Shown: positions 55,724-64,000 of the stretch, piece after piece
Numbering within the stretch: position 1 is the first letter of the stretch
Layout of the letters: every line of letters begins with the position of its first letter
Assembly: GCF_003334315.1 (NCBI RefSeq)
Contig: NZ_QOWR01000008.1
Origin: Escherichia coli
GTDB lineage: Bacteria > Pseudomonadota > Gammaproteobacteria > Enterobacterales > Enterobacteriaceae
DNA: 64,000 bases
Reading direction: 5' to 3' (one strand)
Notes under the pieces: generated by a model
Database searches by the model: none
What the model was told of the DNA's origin: nothing
Seen by the model: the letters and a program-made list of their open reading frames with translations, nothing else
Position numbers and translations under genes: made by a program

Positions 55724-57096
55724 TGACCACGTGCCTGACTCGCTGGCTAACCACGCTGGATAACTTTGAAGCCAAAATGGCGCAGTTGCCTGCGGTACGT
55801 CGCTACGGGCGATTAACCCGCGCTACCGGGCTGGTGCTGGAAGCCACCGGATTACAATTGCCGCTCGGCGCAACCTGTGTGATTGAGCGCCAGAACGGCA
55901 CTGAAACGCACGAAGTAGAAAGCGAAGTCGTTGGCTTTAACGGTCAACGGCTGTTTTTAATGCCGCTGGAGGAAGTCGAAGGTGTCCTGCCCGGCGCGCG
56001 TGTTTATGCCAAAAACATTTCGGCAGAAGGGCTGCAAAGCGGCAAACAGTTGCCGCTCGGTCCGGCGTTATTAGGTCGCGTTCTGGACGGCAGCGGTAAA
56101 CCGCTCGATGGCCTCCCCTCCCCCGATACGACGGAAACCGGTGCGCTGATTACCCCACCATTTAACCCATTGCAACGTACACCGATTGAACATGTGCTGG
56201 ACACTGGCGTGCGCCCAATCAATGCCCTGCTTACCGTTGGGCGTGGGCAGCGTATGGGGCTGTTTGCCGGGTCCGGCGTTGGTAAAAGTGTGCTGCTGGG
56301 GATGATGGCCCGTTACACCCGCGCCGATGTCATTGTCGTGGGTTTGATTGGTGAACGAGGGCGCGAAGTAAAAGATTTTATTGAGAATATCCTCGGTGCC
56401 GAAGGGCGTGCACGCTCAGTAGTGATTGCCGCTCCGGCGGATGTTTCTCCGCTCCTGCGAATGCAGGGTGCCGCCTATGCCACGCGCATTGCCGAAGATT
56501 TTCGCGATCGTGGTCAGCATGTATTGCTGATTATGGACTCCCTCACCCGCTACGCGATGGCCCAGCGTGAAATTGCGCTGGCGATTGGCGAACCACCCGC
56601 CACTAAAGGTTATCCCCCGTCGGTGTTTGCCAAATTACCGGCACTGGTCGAGCGTGCCGGAAATGGCATTAGCGGCGGCGGATCGATTACTGCATTTTAT
56701 ACCGTGCTCACTGAAGGCGATGACCAGCAGGACCCCATTGCCGACTCTGCGCGGGCAATCCTCGACGGTCACATTGTGCTGTCTCGCCGACTGGCGGAAG
56801 CCGGGCACTATCCGGCTATCGATATTGAAGCGTCGATCAGCCGCGCAATGACGGCGTTGATCAGTGAGCAACATTACGCGCGAGTGCGCACCTTCAAACA
56901 GCTGTTGTCGAGTTTTCAGCGTAACCGCGATCTGGTTAGCGTCGGCGCGTATGCCAAAGGCAGCGATCCGATGCTCGACAAAGCCATCGCCCTGTGGCCG
57001 CAGCTGGAGGGCTATTTGCAACAAGGCATTTTTGAACGCGCGGACTGGGAAGCGTCTCTCCAGGGGCTGGAGCGTATTTTCCCGACAGTGTCATAA
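55723..57096 (+). CDS. fliI: Flagellum-specific ATPase FliI
   Basis: 457-aa ORF with Walker A GSGVGKS; start overlaps fliH stop. Confidence 0.96.
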
Positions 57097-57114
57097 CCCA
57101 GGAGATAACGGCAG

Positions 57115-57558
57115 ATGGCAGAACATGGCGCGCTGGCGACCCTGAAAGATCTGGCAGAAAAAGAGGTAGAGGATGCCGCGCGCCTGCTGGGTGAAATGCG
57201 TCGCGGGTGTCAGCAGGCGGAAGAACAGCTCAAAATGCTGATCGATTATCAGAATGAATATCGCAATAACCTCAATAGCGATATGAGTGCCGGGATGACC
57301 AGCAACCGCTGGATCAACTATCAGCAGTTTATCCAGACGCTGGAAAAAGCCATTACTCAGCATCGCCAGCAACTTAATCAGTGGACGCAGAAAGTTGACA
57401 TTGCCCTGAACAGCTGGCGAGAAAAGAAACAACGTTTGCAGGCCTGGCAGACACTGCAGGAACGGCAATCCACGGCGGCACTGCTTGCAGAAAACCGCCT
57501 CGATCAGAAAAAGATGGATGAGTTCGCCCAGCGCGCCGCCATGAGGAAACCTGAATGA
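57115..57558 (+). CDS. fliJ: Flagellar export protein FliJ
   Basis: 147-aa coiled-coil ORF matching recalled FliJ. Confidence 0.95.
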   Translation: MAEHGALATLKDLAEKEVEDAARLLGEMRRGCQQAEEQLKMLIDYQNEYRNNLNSDMSAGMTSNRWINYQQFIQTLEKAITQHRQQLNQWTQKVDIALNSWREKKQRLQAWQTLQERQSTAALLAENRLDQKKMDEFAQRAAMRKPE

Positions 57559-58682
57559 TTCGCTTAGCGCCCTTGATTACCGCCGACGTTGACACCACCA
57601 CATTGCCTGGCGGCAAAGCCAGCGATGCTGCACAAGATTTTCTCGCGTTGTTGAGCGAAGCATTAGCAGGCGAGACAACAACCGACAAAGCGGCCCCCCA
57701 GTTGCTGGTGGCAACAGATAAGCCCACGACAAAAGGCGAGCCGCTGGTCAGCGAGATTGTTTCCGATGCGCAACAAGCGGATTTACTGATCCCTGTGGAT
57801 GAAACACTTCCTGTCATCAACGACGAACAATCCACATCAACACCGTTAACCACCGCTCAGACGATGACGTTGGCTGCGGTGGCTGACAAAAATACGACAC
57901 AAGACGAAAAAGCGGATGACCTTAATGAAGACGTCACCGCAAGTCTGAGCGCCCTTTTTGCGATGTTGCCGGGTTTTGACAATACGCCCAAAGTGACTGA
58001 TGCACCGTCAACCGTGTTACCGGCAGAGAAACCAACGCTCTTCACAAAACTGACTTCTGCGCAACTCACTACAGCACAGCCTGATGACGCCCCCGGCACA
58101 CCAGCTCAGCCATTAACACCGCTGGTAGCAGAAGCCCAGAGTAAAGCGGAAGTCATCAGCACGCCTTCGCCGGTGACCGCTGACGCCAGCCCGCTAATCA
58201 CTCCACACCAGACACAGCCACTGCCCACCGTCGCCGCGCCTGTTTTGAGTGCACCGCTGGGTTCTCACGAATGGCAACAATCATTAAGCCAGCATATTTC
58301 GCTGTTCACCCGCCAGGGGCAACAAAGTGCAGAGTTGCGTCTGCACCCACAGGATTTAGGTGAAGTGCAAATTTCCCTCAAAGTGGATGATAACCAGGCG
58401 CAGATCCAGATGATTTCACCGCATCAGCACGTACGCGCCGCCCTCGAAGCAGCGCTGCCGGTACTGCGTACGCAGCTGGCCGAAAGTGGCATTCAGTTAG
58501 GGCAAAGCAACATCAGTGGCGAAAGCTTTAGTGGTCAGCAGCAGGCCGCGTCCCAACAACAGCAAAGCCAACGCACAGCAAACCATGAACCTCTGGCGGG
58601 GGAAGACGACGATACGCTTCCGGTTCCCGTCTCTTTACAAGGGCGTGTAACAGGTAACAGCGGCGTTGATATTTTCGCCTAA
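57555..58682 (+). CDS. fliK: Flagellar hook-length control protein FliK
   Basis: 375-aa ORF, Pro/Gln-rich central region, conserved C-terminal domain. Confidence 0.94.
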   Translation: MIRLAPLITADVDTTTLPGGKASDAAQDFLALLSEALAGETTTDKAAPQLLVATDKPTTKGEPLVSEIVSDAQQADLLIPVDETLPVINDEQSTSTPLTTAQTMTLAAVADKNTTQDEKADDLNEDVTASLSALFAMLPGFDNTPKVTDAPSTVLPAEKPTLFTKLTSAQLTTAQPDDAPGTPAQPLTPLVAEAQSKAEVISTPSPVTADASPLITPHQTQPLPTVAAPVLSAPLGSHEWQQSLSQHISLFTRQGQQSAELRLHPQDLGEVQISLKVDDNQAQIQMISPHQHVRAALEAALPVLRTQLAESGIQLGQSNISGESFSGQQQAASQQQQSQRTANHEPLAGEDDDTLPVPVSLQGRVTGNSGVDIFA

Positions 58683-58786
58683 CGTCAGAGGTAGCACCGT
58701 AATCCTCGTCTTTTCCCCGCTTTGTTGCGCTCAAGACGCAGGATAATTAGCCGATAAGCAGTAGCGACACAGGAAGACCGCAACAC

Positions 58787-59251
58787 ATGACTGATTACGC
58801 GATAAGCAAGAAAAGCAAGCGATCGCTTTGGATCCCGATTCTGGTATTCATTACCCTCGCGGCCTGTGCCAGCGCAGGTTACAGCTACTGGCATTCGCAT
58901 CAGGTTGCCGCTGACGACAAAGCGCAGCAACGCGTCGTGCCCTCCCCGGTCTTCTATGCGCTGGATACCTTTACGGTCAATCTGGGCGATGCAGATCGCG
59001 TACTTTATATCGGCATAACCCTGCGCCTGAAAGATGAAGCTACCCGCTCGCGGCTGAGTGAGTATTTGCCGGAAGTCCGTAGCCGTTTGCTGTTACTGTT
59101 TTCGCGTCAGGATGCTGCCGTACTGGCGACAGAAGAAGGCAAGAAAAACCTGATTGCCGAGATTAAAACCACGCTTTCCACCCCGCTTGTTGCCGGGCAA
59201 CCGAAACAGGATGTCACCGACGTGCTGTATACCGCTTTTATTCTGCGATAA
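58787..59251 (+). CDS. fliL: Flagellar basal body-associated protein FliL
   Basis: 154-aa ORF with single N-terminal TM helix; matches recalled FliL. Confidence 0.95.
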   Translation: MTDYAISKKSKRSLWIPILVFITLAACASAGYSYWHSHQVAADDKAQQRVVPSPVFYALDTFTVNLGDADRVLYIGITLRLKDEATRSRLSEYLPEVRSRLLLLFSRQDAAVLATEEGKKNLIAEIKTTLSTPLVAGQPKQDVTDVLYTAFILR

Positions 59252-59255
59252 CGAC

Positions 59256-60260
59256 ATGGGCGATAGTATTCTTTCTCAAGCTGAAATTGATGCGCTGTTG
59301 AATGGTGACAGCGAAGTCAAAGACGAACCGACAGCCAGTGTTAGCGGCGAAAGTGACATTCGTCCGTACGATCCGAATACCCAACGACGGGTTGTGCGCG
59401 AACGTTTGCAGGCGCTGGAAATCATTAATGAGCGCTTTGCCCGCCATTTTCGTATGGGGCTGTTCAACCTGCTGCGTCGTAGCCCGGATATAACCGTCGG
59501 GGCCATCCGCATTCAGCCGTACCATGAATTTGCCCGCAACCTGCCGGTGCCGACCAACCTGAACCTTATACACCTTAAACCGCTGCGCGGCACAGGGCTG
59601 GTGGTGTTCTCGCCGAGCCTGGTGTTTATCGCCGTGGATAACCTGTTTGGCGGCGATGGACGCTTCCCGACCAAAGTGGAAGGTCGCGAGTTTACCCATA
59701 CCGAACAGCGCGTCATCAACCGCATGTTAAAGCTGGCGCTTGAAGGCTATAGCGACGCCTGGAAAGCGATTAATCCGCTGGAAGTTGAGTACGTGCGTTC
59801 GGAAATGCAGGTGAAATTCACTAATATCACCACCTCGCCGAACGACATTGTGGTTAACACGCCGTTCCATGTGGAGATTGGCAACCTGACCGGCGAATTT
59901 AATATCTGCCTGCCATTCAGCATGATCGAGCCGCTACGGGAATTGTTGGTTAACCCGCCGCTGGAAAACTCGCGTAATGAAGATCAGAACTGGCGCGATA
60001 ACCTGGTGCGCCAGGTGCAGCATTCACAGCTGGAACTGGTGGCCAACTTTGCCGATATCTCGCTACGCCTGTCGCAGATTTTAAAACTGAAACCCGGCGA
60101 CGTCCTGCCGATAGAAAAACCCGATCGCATCATCGCCCATGTTGACGGCGTTCCGGTACTGACCAGTCAGTACGGCACCCTCAACGGTCAGTATGCGTTA
60201 CGGATAGAACATTTGATTAACCCGATTTTAAATTCTCTGAACGAGGAACAGCCCAAATGA
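59256..60260 (+). CDS. fliM: Flagellar motor switch protein FliM
   Basis: ORF 59154-60260; start moved to MGDSILSQAEIDALLNG (334 aa). Confidence 0.94.
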   Translation: MGDSILSQAEIDALLNGDSEVKDEPTASVSGESDIRPYDPNTQRRVVRERLQALEIINERFARHFRMGLFNLLRRSPDITVGAIRIQPYHEFARNLPVPTNLNLIHLKPLRGTGLVVFSPSLVFIAVDNLFGGDGRFPTKVEGREFTHTEQRVINRMLKLALEGYSDAWKAINPLEVEYVRSEMQVKFTNITTSPNDIVVNTPFHVEIGNLTGEFNICLPFSMIEPLRELLVNPPLENSRNEDQNWRDNLVRQVQHSQLELVANFADISLRLSQILKLKPGDVLPIEKPDRIIAHVDGVPVLTSQYGTLNGQYALRIEHLINPILNSLNEEQPK

Positions 60261-60670
60261 GTGACATGAATAATCCGGCCGATGACAACAACGGCGCAAT
60301 GGACGATCTGTGGGCTGAAGCGTTGAGCGAGCAAAAATCAACCAGTGGAAAAAGCGCTGCCGACGCGGTGTTCCAGCAATTTGGCGGCGGAGATGTCAGC
60401 GGAACGTTGCAGGATATCGACCTGATTATGGATATTCCGGTCAAGCTGACCGTCGAGCTGGGCCGTACGCGGATGACCATCAAAGAGCTGTTGCGTCTGA
60501 CGCAAGGATCAGTCGTGGCGCTGGACGGTCTGGCGGGCGAACCGCTGGATATTCTGATCAACGGTTATTTAATTGCCCAGGGCGAAGTGGTGGTCGTTGC
60601 CGATAAATATGGCGTGCGGATCACCGATATCATTACCCCGTCCGAGCGGATGCGCCGCCTGAGCCGTTAG
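60257..60670 (+). CDS. fliN: Flagellar motor switch protein FliN
   Basis: 137-aa ORF matching recalled FliN. Confidence 0.96.
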   Translation: MSDMNNPADDNNGAMDDLWAEALSEQKSTSGKSAADAVFQQFGGGDVSGTLQDIDLIMDIPVKLTVELGRTRMTIKELLRLTQGSVVALDGLAGEPLDILINGYLIAQGEVVVVADKYGVRITDIITPSERMRRLSR

Positions 60671-60672
60671 TG

Positions 60673-61038
60673 ATGAATAACCATGCTACTGTGCAATCTT
60701 CCGCGCCGGTTTCTGCTGCGTCACTGCTGCAGGTGAGCGGCGCACTCATCGCCATTATTGCCCTGATCCTCGCTGCCGCCTGGCTGGTAAAACGGCTGGG
60801 ATTTGCCCCTAAACGCACTGGCGTTAACGGTCTGAAAATTAGCGCCAGTGCTTCGCTGGGCGCGCGTGAACGGGTTGTGGTGGTCGATGTGGAAGATGCA
60901 CGGCTGGTGCTCGGCGTTACCGCAGGGCAAATCAATCTGCTGCATAAACTTCCCCCTTCAGCACCAACGGAAGAGATACCGCAGCCCGATTTTCAGTCGG
61001 TCATGAAAAGCTTGCTTAAGCGTAGCGGGAGATCCTGA
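60673..61038 (+). CDS. fliO: Flagellar biosynthesis protein FliO
   Basis: ORF 60670-61038; ATG at 60673 gives 121 aa [12 protein letters not shown]; single TM helix. Confidence 0.9.
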   Translation: MNNHATVQSSAPVSAASLLQVSGALIAIIALILAAAWLVKRLGFAPKRTGVNGLKISASASLGARERVVVVDVEDARLVLGVTAGQINLLHKLPPSAPTEEIPQPDFQSVMKSLLKRSGRS

Positions 61039-61775
61039 TGCGTCGTTTGTTGTCTGTCGCCCCTGTCCTTCTCTGGCTGATTACGCCCCTCGCCTTCGCG
61101 CAACTGCCGGGTATCACCAGCCAGCCGCTGCCTGGCGGTGGACAAAGCTGGTCGCTCCCGGTGCAGACGCTGGTGTTCATCACCTCGTTGACGTTTATTC
61201 CGGCAATTTTACTGATGATGACCAGTTTCACCCGCATCATTATTGTTTTTGGTTTATTGCGTAACGCGCTGGGAACGCCCTCCGCGCCACCTAACCAGGT
61301 ATTGCTGGGGCTGGCACTGTTTTTGACCTTTTTTATTATGTCGCCAGTGATCGACAAAATTTATGTCGATGCGTACCAGCCATTCAGCGAAGAGAAAATA
61401 TCAATGCAGGAGGCGCTGGAAAAAGGGGCGCAGCCGCTGCGTGAGTTTATGCTGCGTCAGACCCGTGAGGCGGATTTAGGGTTGTTTGCCAGACTGGCGA
61501 ATACTGGCCCGTTGCAGGGACCTGAAGCCGTGCCGATGCGCATTTTGCTCCCGGCCTACGTGACCAGCGAGTTGAAAACCGCATTTCAGATAGGCTTCAC
61601 GATTTTCATCCCTTTTTTGATTATCGACCTGGTGATAGCCAGCGTGTTGATGGCATTAGGGATGATGATGGTTCCCCCCGCCACCATTGCTCTGCCCTTT
61701 AAACTGATGCTGTTTGTACTGGTGGATGGCTGGCAATTGCTGGTCGGTTCGCTGGCGCAGAGCTTTTACAGCTAG
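61038..61775 (+). CDS. fliP: Flagellar export apparatus protein FliP
   Basis: 245-aa ORF with signal peptide; matches recalled FliP. Confidence 0.96.
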   Translation: MRRLLSVAPVLLWLITPLAFAQLPGITSQPLPGGGQSWSLPVQTLVFITSLTFIPAILLMMTSFTRIIIVFGLLRNALGTPSAPPNQVLLGLALFLTFFIMSPVIDKIYVDAYQPFSEEKISMQEALEKGAQPLREFMLRQTREADLGLFARLANTGPLQGPEAVPMRILLPAYVTSELKTAFQIGFTIFIPFLIIDLVIASVLMALGMMMVPPATIALPFKLMLFVLVDGWQLLVGSLAQSFYS

Positions 61776-61784
61776 AGAGGCAAA

Positions 61785-62054
61785 ATGACACCTGAATCGG
61801 TCATGATGATGGGGACTGAAGCGATGAAAGTCGCGCTGGCACTGGCTGCCCCGCTATTGTTGGTAGCGTTGGTCACGGGCCTTATCATCAGTATTTTGCA
61901 GGCCGCCACCCAGATTAACGAAATGACGCTGTCGTTTATTCCGAAAATCATCGCCGTATTTATTGCCATTATTATTGCCGGACCGTGGATGCTCAATCTG
62001 TTGCTGGATTACGTCCGCACCTTGTTCACTAACCTGCCGTATATCATCGGGTAG
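61785..62054 (+). CDS. fliQ: Flagellar export apparatus protein FliQ
   Basis: 89-aa ORF matching recalled FliQ. Confidence 0.96.
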   Translation: MTPESVMMMGTEAMKVALALAAPLLLVALVTGLIISILQAATQINEMTLSFIPKIIAVFIAIIIAGPWMLNLLLDYVRTLFTNLPYIIG

Positions 62055-62061
62055 CCGTACT

Positions 62062-62847
62062 ATGTTGCAGGTGACAAGCGATCAATGGCTTTCCTGGCTA
62101 AGTCTGTACTTCTGGCCGTTACTGCGCGTGCTGGCGCTCATTTCTACCGCGCCAATTCTGAGCGAACGCAGCGTGCCGAAGCGGGTAAAACTGGGTCTGG
62201 CAATGATGATCACGTTCGCTATTGCCCCATCATTACCTGCCAACGATGTTCCTGTTTTTTCGTTCTTTACTCTGTGGCTGGCCGTGCAGCAGATCCTGAT
62301 CGGCATTGCGCTTGGTTTCACCATGCAATTTGCCTTTGCCGCTGTGCGAACCGCTGGCGAAATTATCGGTCTGCAAATGGGGCTGTCATTTGCGACGTTT
62401 GTCGATCCGGCCAGCCATCTCAACATGCCCGTTCTAGCGCGTATCATGGATATGCTGGCGTTACTGCTGTTCCTGACATTTAACGGTCATTTATGGTTGA
62501 TTTCACTGCTGGTCGATACCTTTCACACCCTGCCGATTGGTGGCGAACCGCTGAACAGCAATGCGTTTCTGGCACTCACCAAAGCAGGGAGTTTGATTTT
62601 CCTTAACGGGCTGATGCTGGCGTTACCGCTCATTACTCTGCTGCTGACCCTGAATCTGGCATTAGGTTTACTGAATCGTATGGCCCCGCAATTATCCATT
62701 TTTGTTATTGGATTTCCATTAACTCTGACTGTCGGCATCTCTTTAATGGCGGCATTAATGCCGTTAATTGCGCCTTTTTGCGAACATTTATTCAGTGAAA
62801 TTTTTAATTTGCTGGCTGATATTATTAGTGAATTGCCATTAATATAA
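62062..62847 (+). CDS. fliR: Flagellar export apparatus protein FliR
   Basis: ORF 61963-62847; start moved to ATG at 62062 giving [15 protein letters not shown] (261 aa). Confidence 0.93.
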   Translation: MLQVTSDQWLSWLSLYFWPLLRVLALISTAPILSERSVPKRVKLGLAMMITFAIAPSLPANDVPVFSFFTLWLAVQQILIGIALGFTMQFAFAAVRTAGEIIGLQMGLSFATFVDPASHLNMPVLARIMDMLALLLFLTFNGHLWLISLLVDTFHTLPIGGEPLNSNAFLALTKAGSLIFLNGLMLALPLITLLLTLNLALGLLNRMAPQLSIFVIGFPLTLTVGISLMAALMPLIAPFCEHLFSEIFNLLADIISELPLI

Positions 62848-63136
62848 TTCCGTAACGTTTATCATGCTACCCTAAGGATTATCCGAAAAATAATATCTGC
62901 GAACATCTTCCAGGATACTCCTGTAGCGAAATATTTGTTTTAAGCTCACTCACATATCGCAACATTTACTTTACTTTAAGACAATTCCAGGCAAATTATA
63001 CAACACTTTACGGGATAGTAAGTCCGCCTGAAAAATTGCGAGAGTGGCGCATTAGGTGACCCATGTTGTTCCGTTTAGTCATGATGAAATATTCAGGTAA
63101 GGGGAATTATCGTTACGCATTGAGTGAGGGTATGCC

Positions 63137-63760
63137 ATGTCAACGATTATTATGGATTTATGTAGTTACACCCGACTAGGTTTAACCGGGTATCTGTTGA
63201 GTAGAGGGGTTAAAAAAAGAGAAATCAACGACATTGAAACCGTTGATGACCTTGCCATAGCTTGTGATTCACAGCGCCCTTCAGTGGTGTTTATTAATGA
63301 GGACTGTTTCATCCATGATGCTTCTAACAGTCAGCGCATCAAGCACATCATTAATCAACATCCCAATACGTTATTTATCGTTTTTATGGCAATTGCCAAT
63401 GTTCATTTTGATGAATATCTATTGGTCAGAAAAAATTTATTGATAAGTTCTAAATCGATTAAACCGGAATCTCTCGACGATATCCTTGGCGATATTCTGA
63501 AAAAAGAGACAACGATAACCTCTTTTTTAAATATGCCGACGTTATCATTGAGCCGAACCGAATCGAGTATGTTGCGAATGTGGATGGCAGGTCAGGGAAC
63601 CATCCAAATCTCTGACCAAATGAATATCAAAGCCAAGACCGTTTCATCGCATAAAGGTAATATTAAACGTAAGATCAAAACGCATAATAAACAGGTTATC
63701 TACCATGTCGTCCGACTGACGGATAATGTGACTAATGGTATTTTTGTCAACATGCGCTAA
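63137..63760 (+). CDS. rcsA: Capsule synthesis co-activator RcsA (LuxR-family auxiliary regulator of RcsB)
   Basis: 207-aa ORF matching recalled RcsA. Confidence 0.95.
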   Translation: MSTIIMDLCSYTRLGLTGYLLSRGVKKREINDIETVDDLAIACDSQRPSVVFINEDCFIHDASNSQRIKHIINQHPNTLFIVFMAIANVHFDEYLLVRKNLLISSKSIKPESLDDILGDILKKETTITSFLNMPTLSLSRTESSMLRMWMAGQGTIQISDQMNIKAKTVSSHKGNIKRKIKTHNKQVIYHVVRLTDNVTNGIFVNMR

Positions 63761-63766
63761 CACATT

Positions 63767-63792
63767 CTGACTGGTGGTTTCCCACCAGTCAG
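63767..63792. terminator. Perfect palindrome between convergent rcsA and dsrB, probable bidirectional terminator
   Basis: ctgactggtgg-tttc-ccaccagtcag read directly; flanking U-tracts weak. Confidence 0.45.
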
Positions 63793-63803
63793 GCTGAATA
63801 AGA

Positions 63804-63998
<195 letters not shown>

Positions 63999-64000
63999 CC

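Overview
This window is a contiguous, almost entirely well-characterised stretch of an Escherichia coli chromosome, and I found no convincing evidence of a novel biological system in it. Gene identities come from reading the supplied ORF translations against recalled E. coli protein sequences; no database search was run. Gene order is: a truncated IS1 end, cutC-yecM, argS, yecT, flagellar/chemotaxis region II (flhE-flhA-flhB, cheZ-cheY-cheB-cheR-tap-tar, cheW-cheA-motB-motA, flhC-flhD), uspC, otsA-otsB, araH-araG-araF, ftnB, yecJ, azuC, yecR, ftnA, yecH, tyrP, yecA, the leuZ-cysT-glyW tRNA operon, pgsA, uvrC-uvrY, yecF, sdiA, tcyN-tcyL-dcyD-tcyJ, flagellar region III (fliZ-fliA, fliC, fliD-fliS-fliT, amyA, yedD, yedE-yedF, yedK, fliE, fliF through fliK, fliL through fliR), then rcsA and dsrB. 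Several start codons were moved inward from the ORF-track maximum to match the known protein N-termini. I located sigma-28 promoters for tar, fliC and fliD directly in the sequence, plus several rho-independent terminators, REP elements, a CRP site and a TyrR box. Features that differ from what I recall of K-12 MG1655 are: an IS1 end next to cutC, no IS element in the flhDC regulatory region, a shorter fliC allele with a different central domain, a divergent fliD, and a compact yedK-fliE junction lacking the K-12 yedL-intG segment. No CRISPR array, rRNA or intact prophage was seen. The many long antisense ORFs in the six-frame track are judged spurious.
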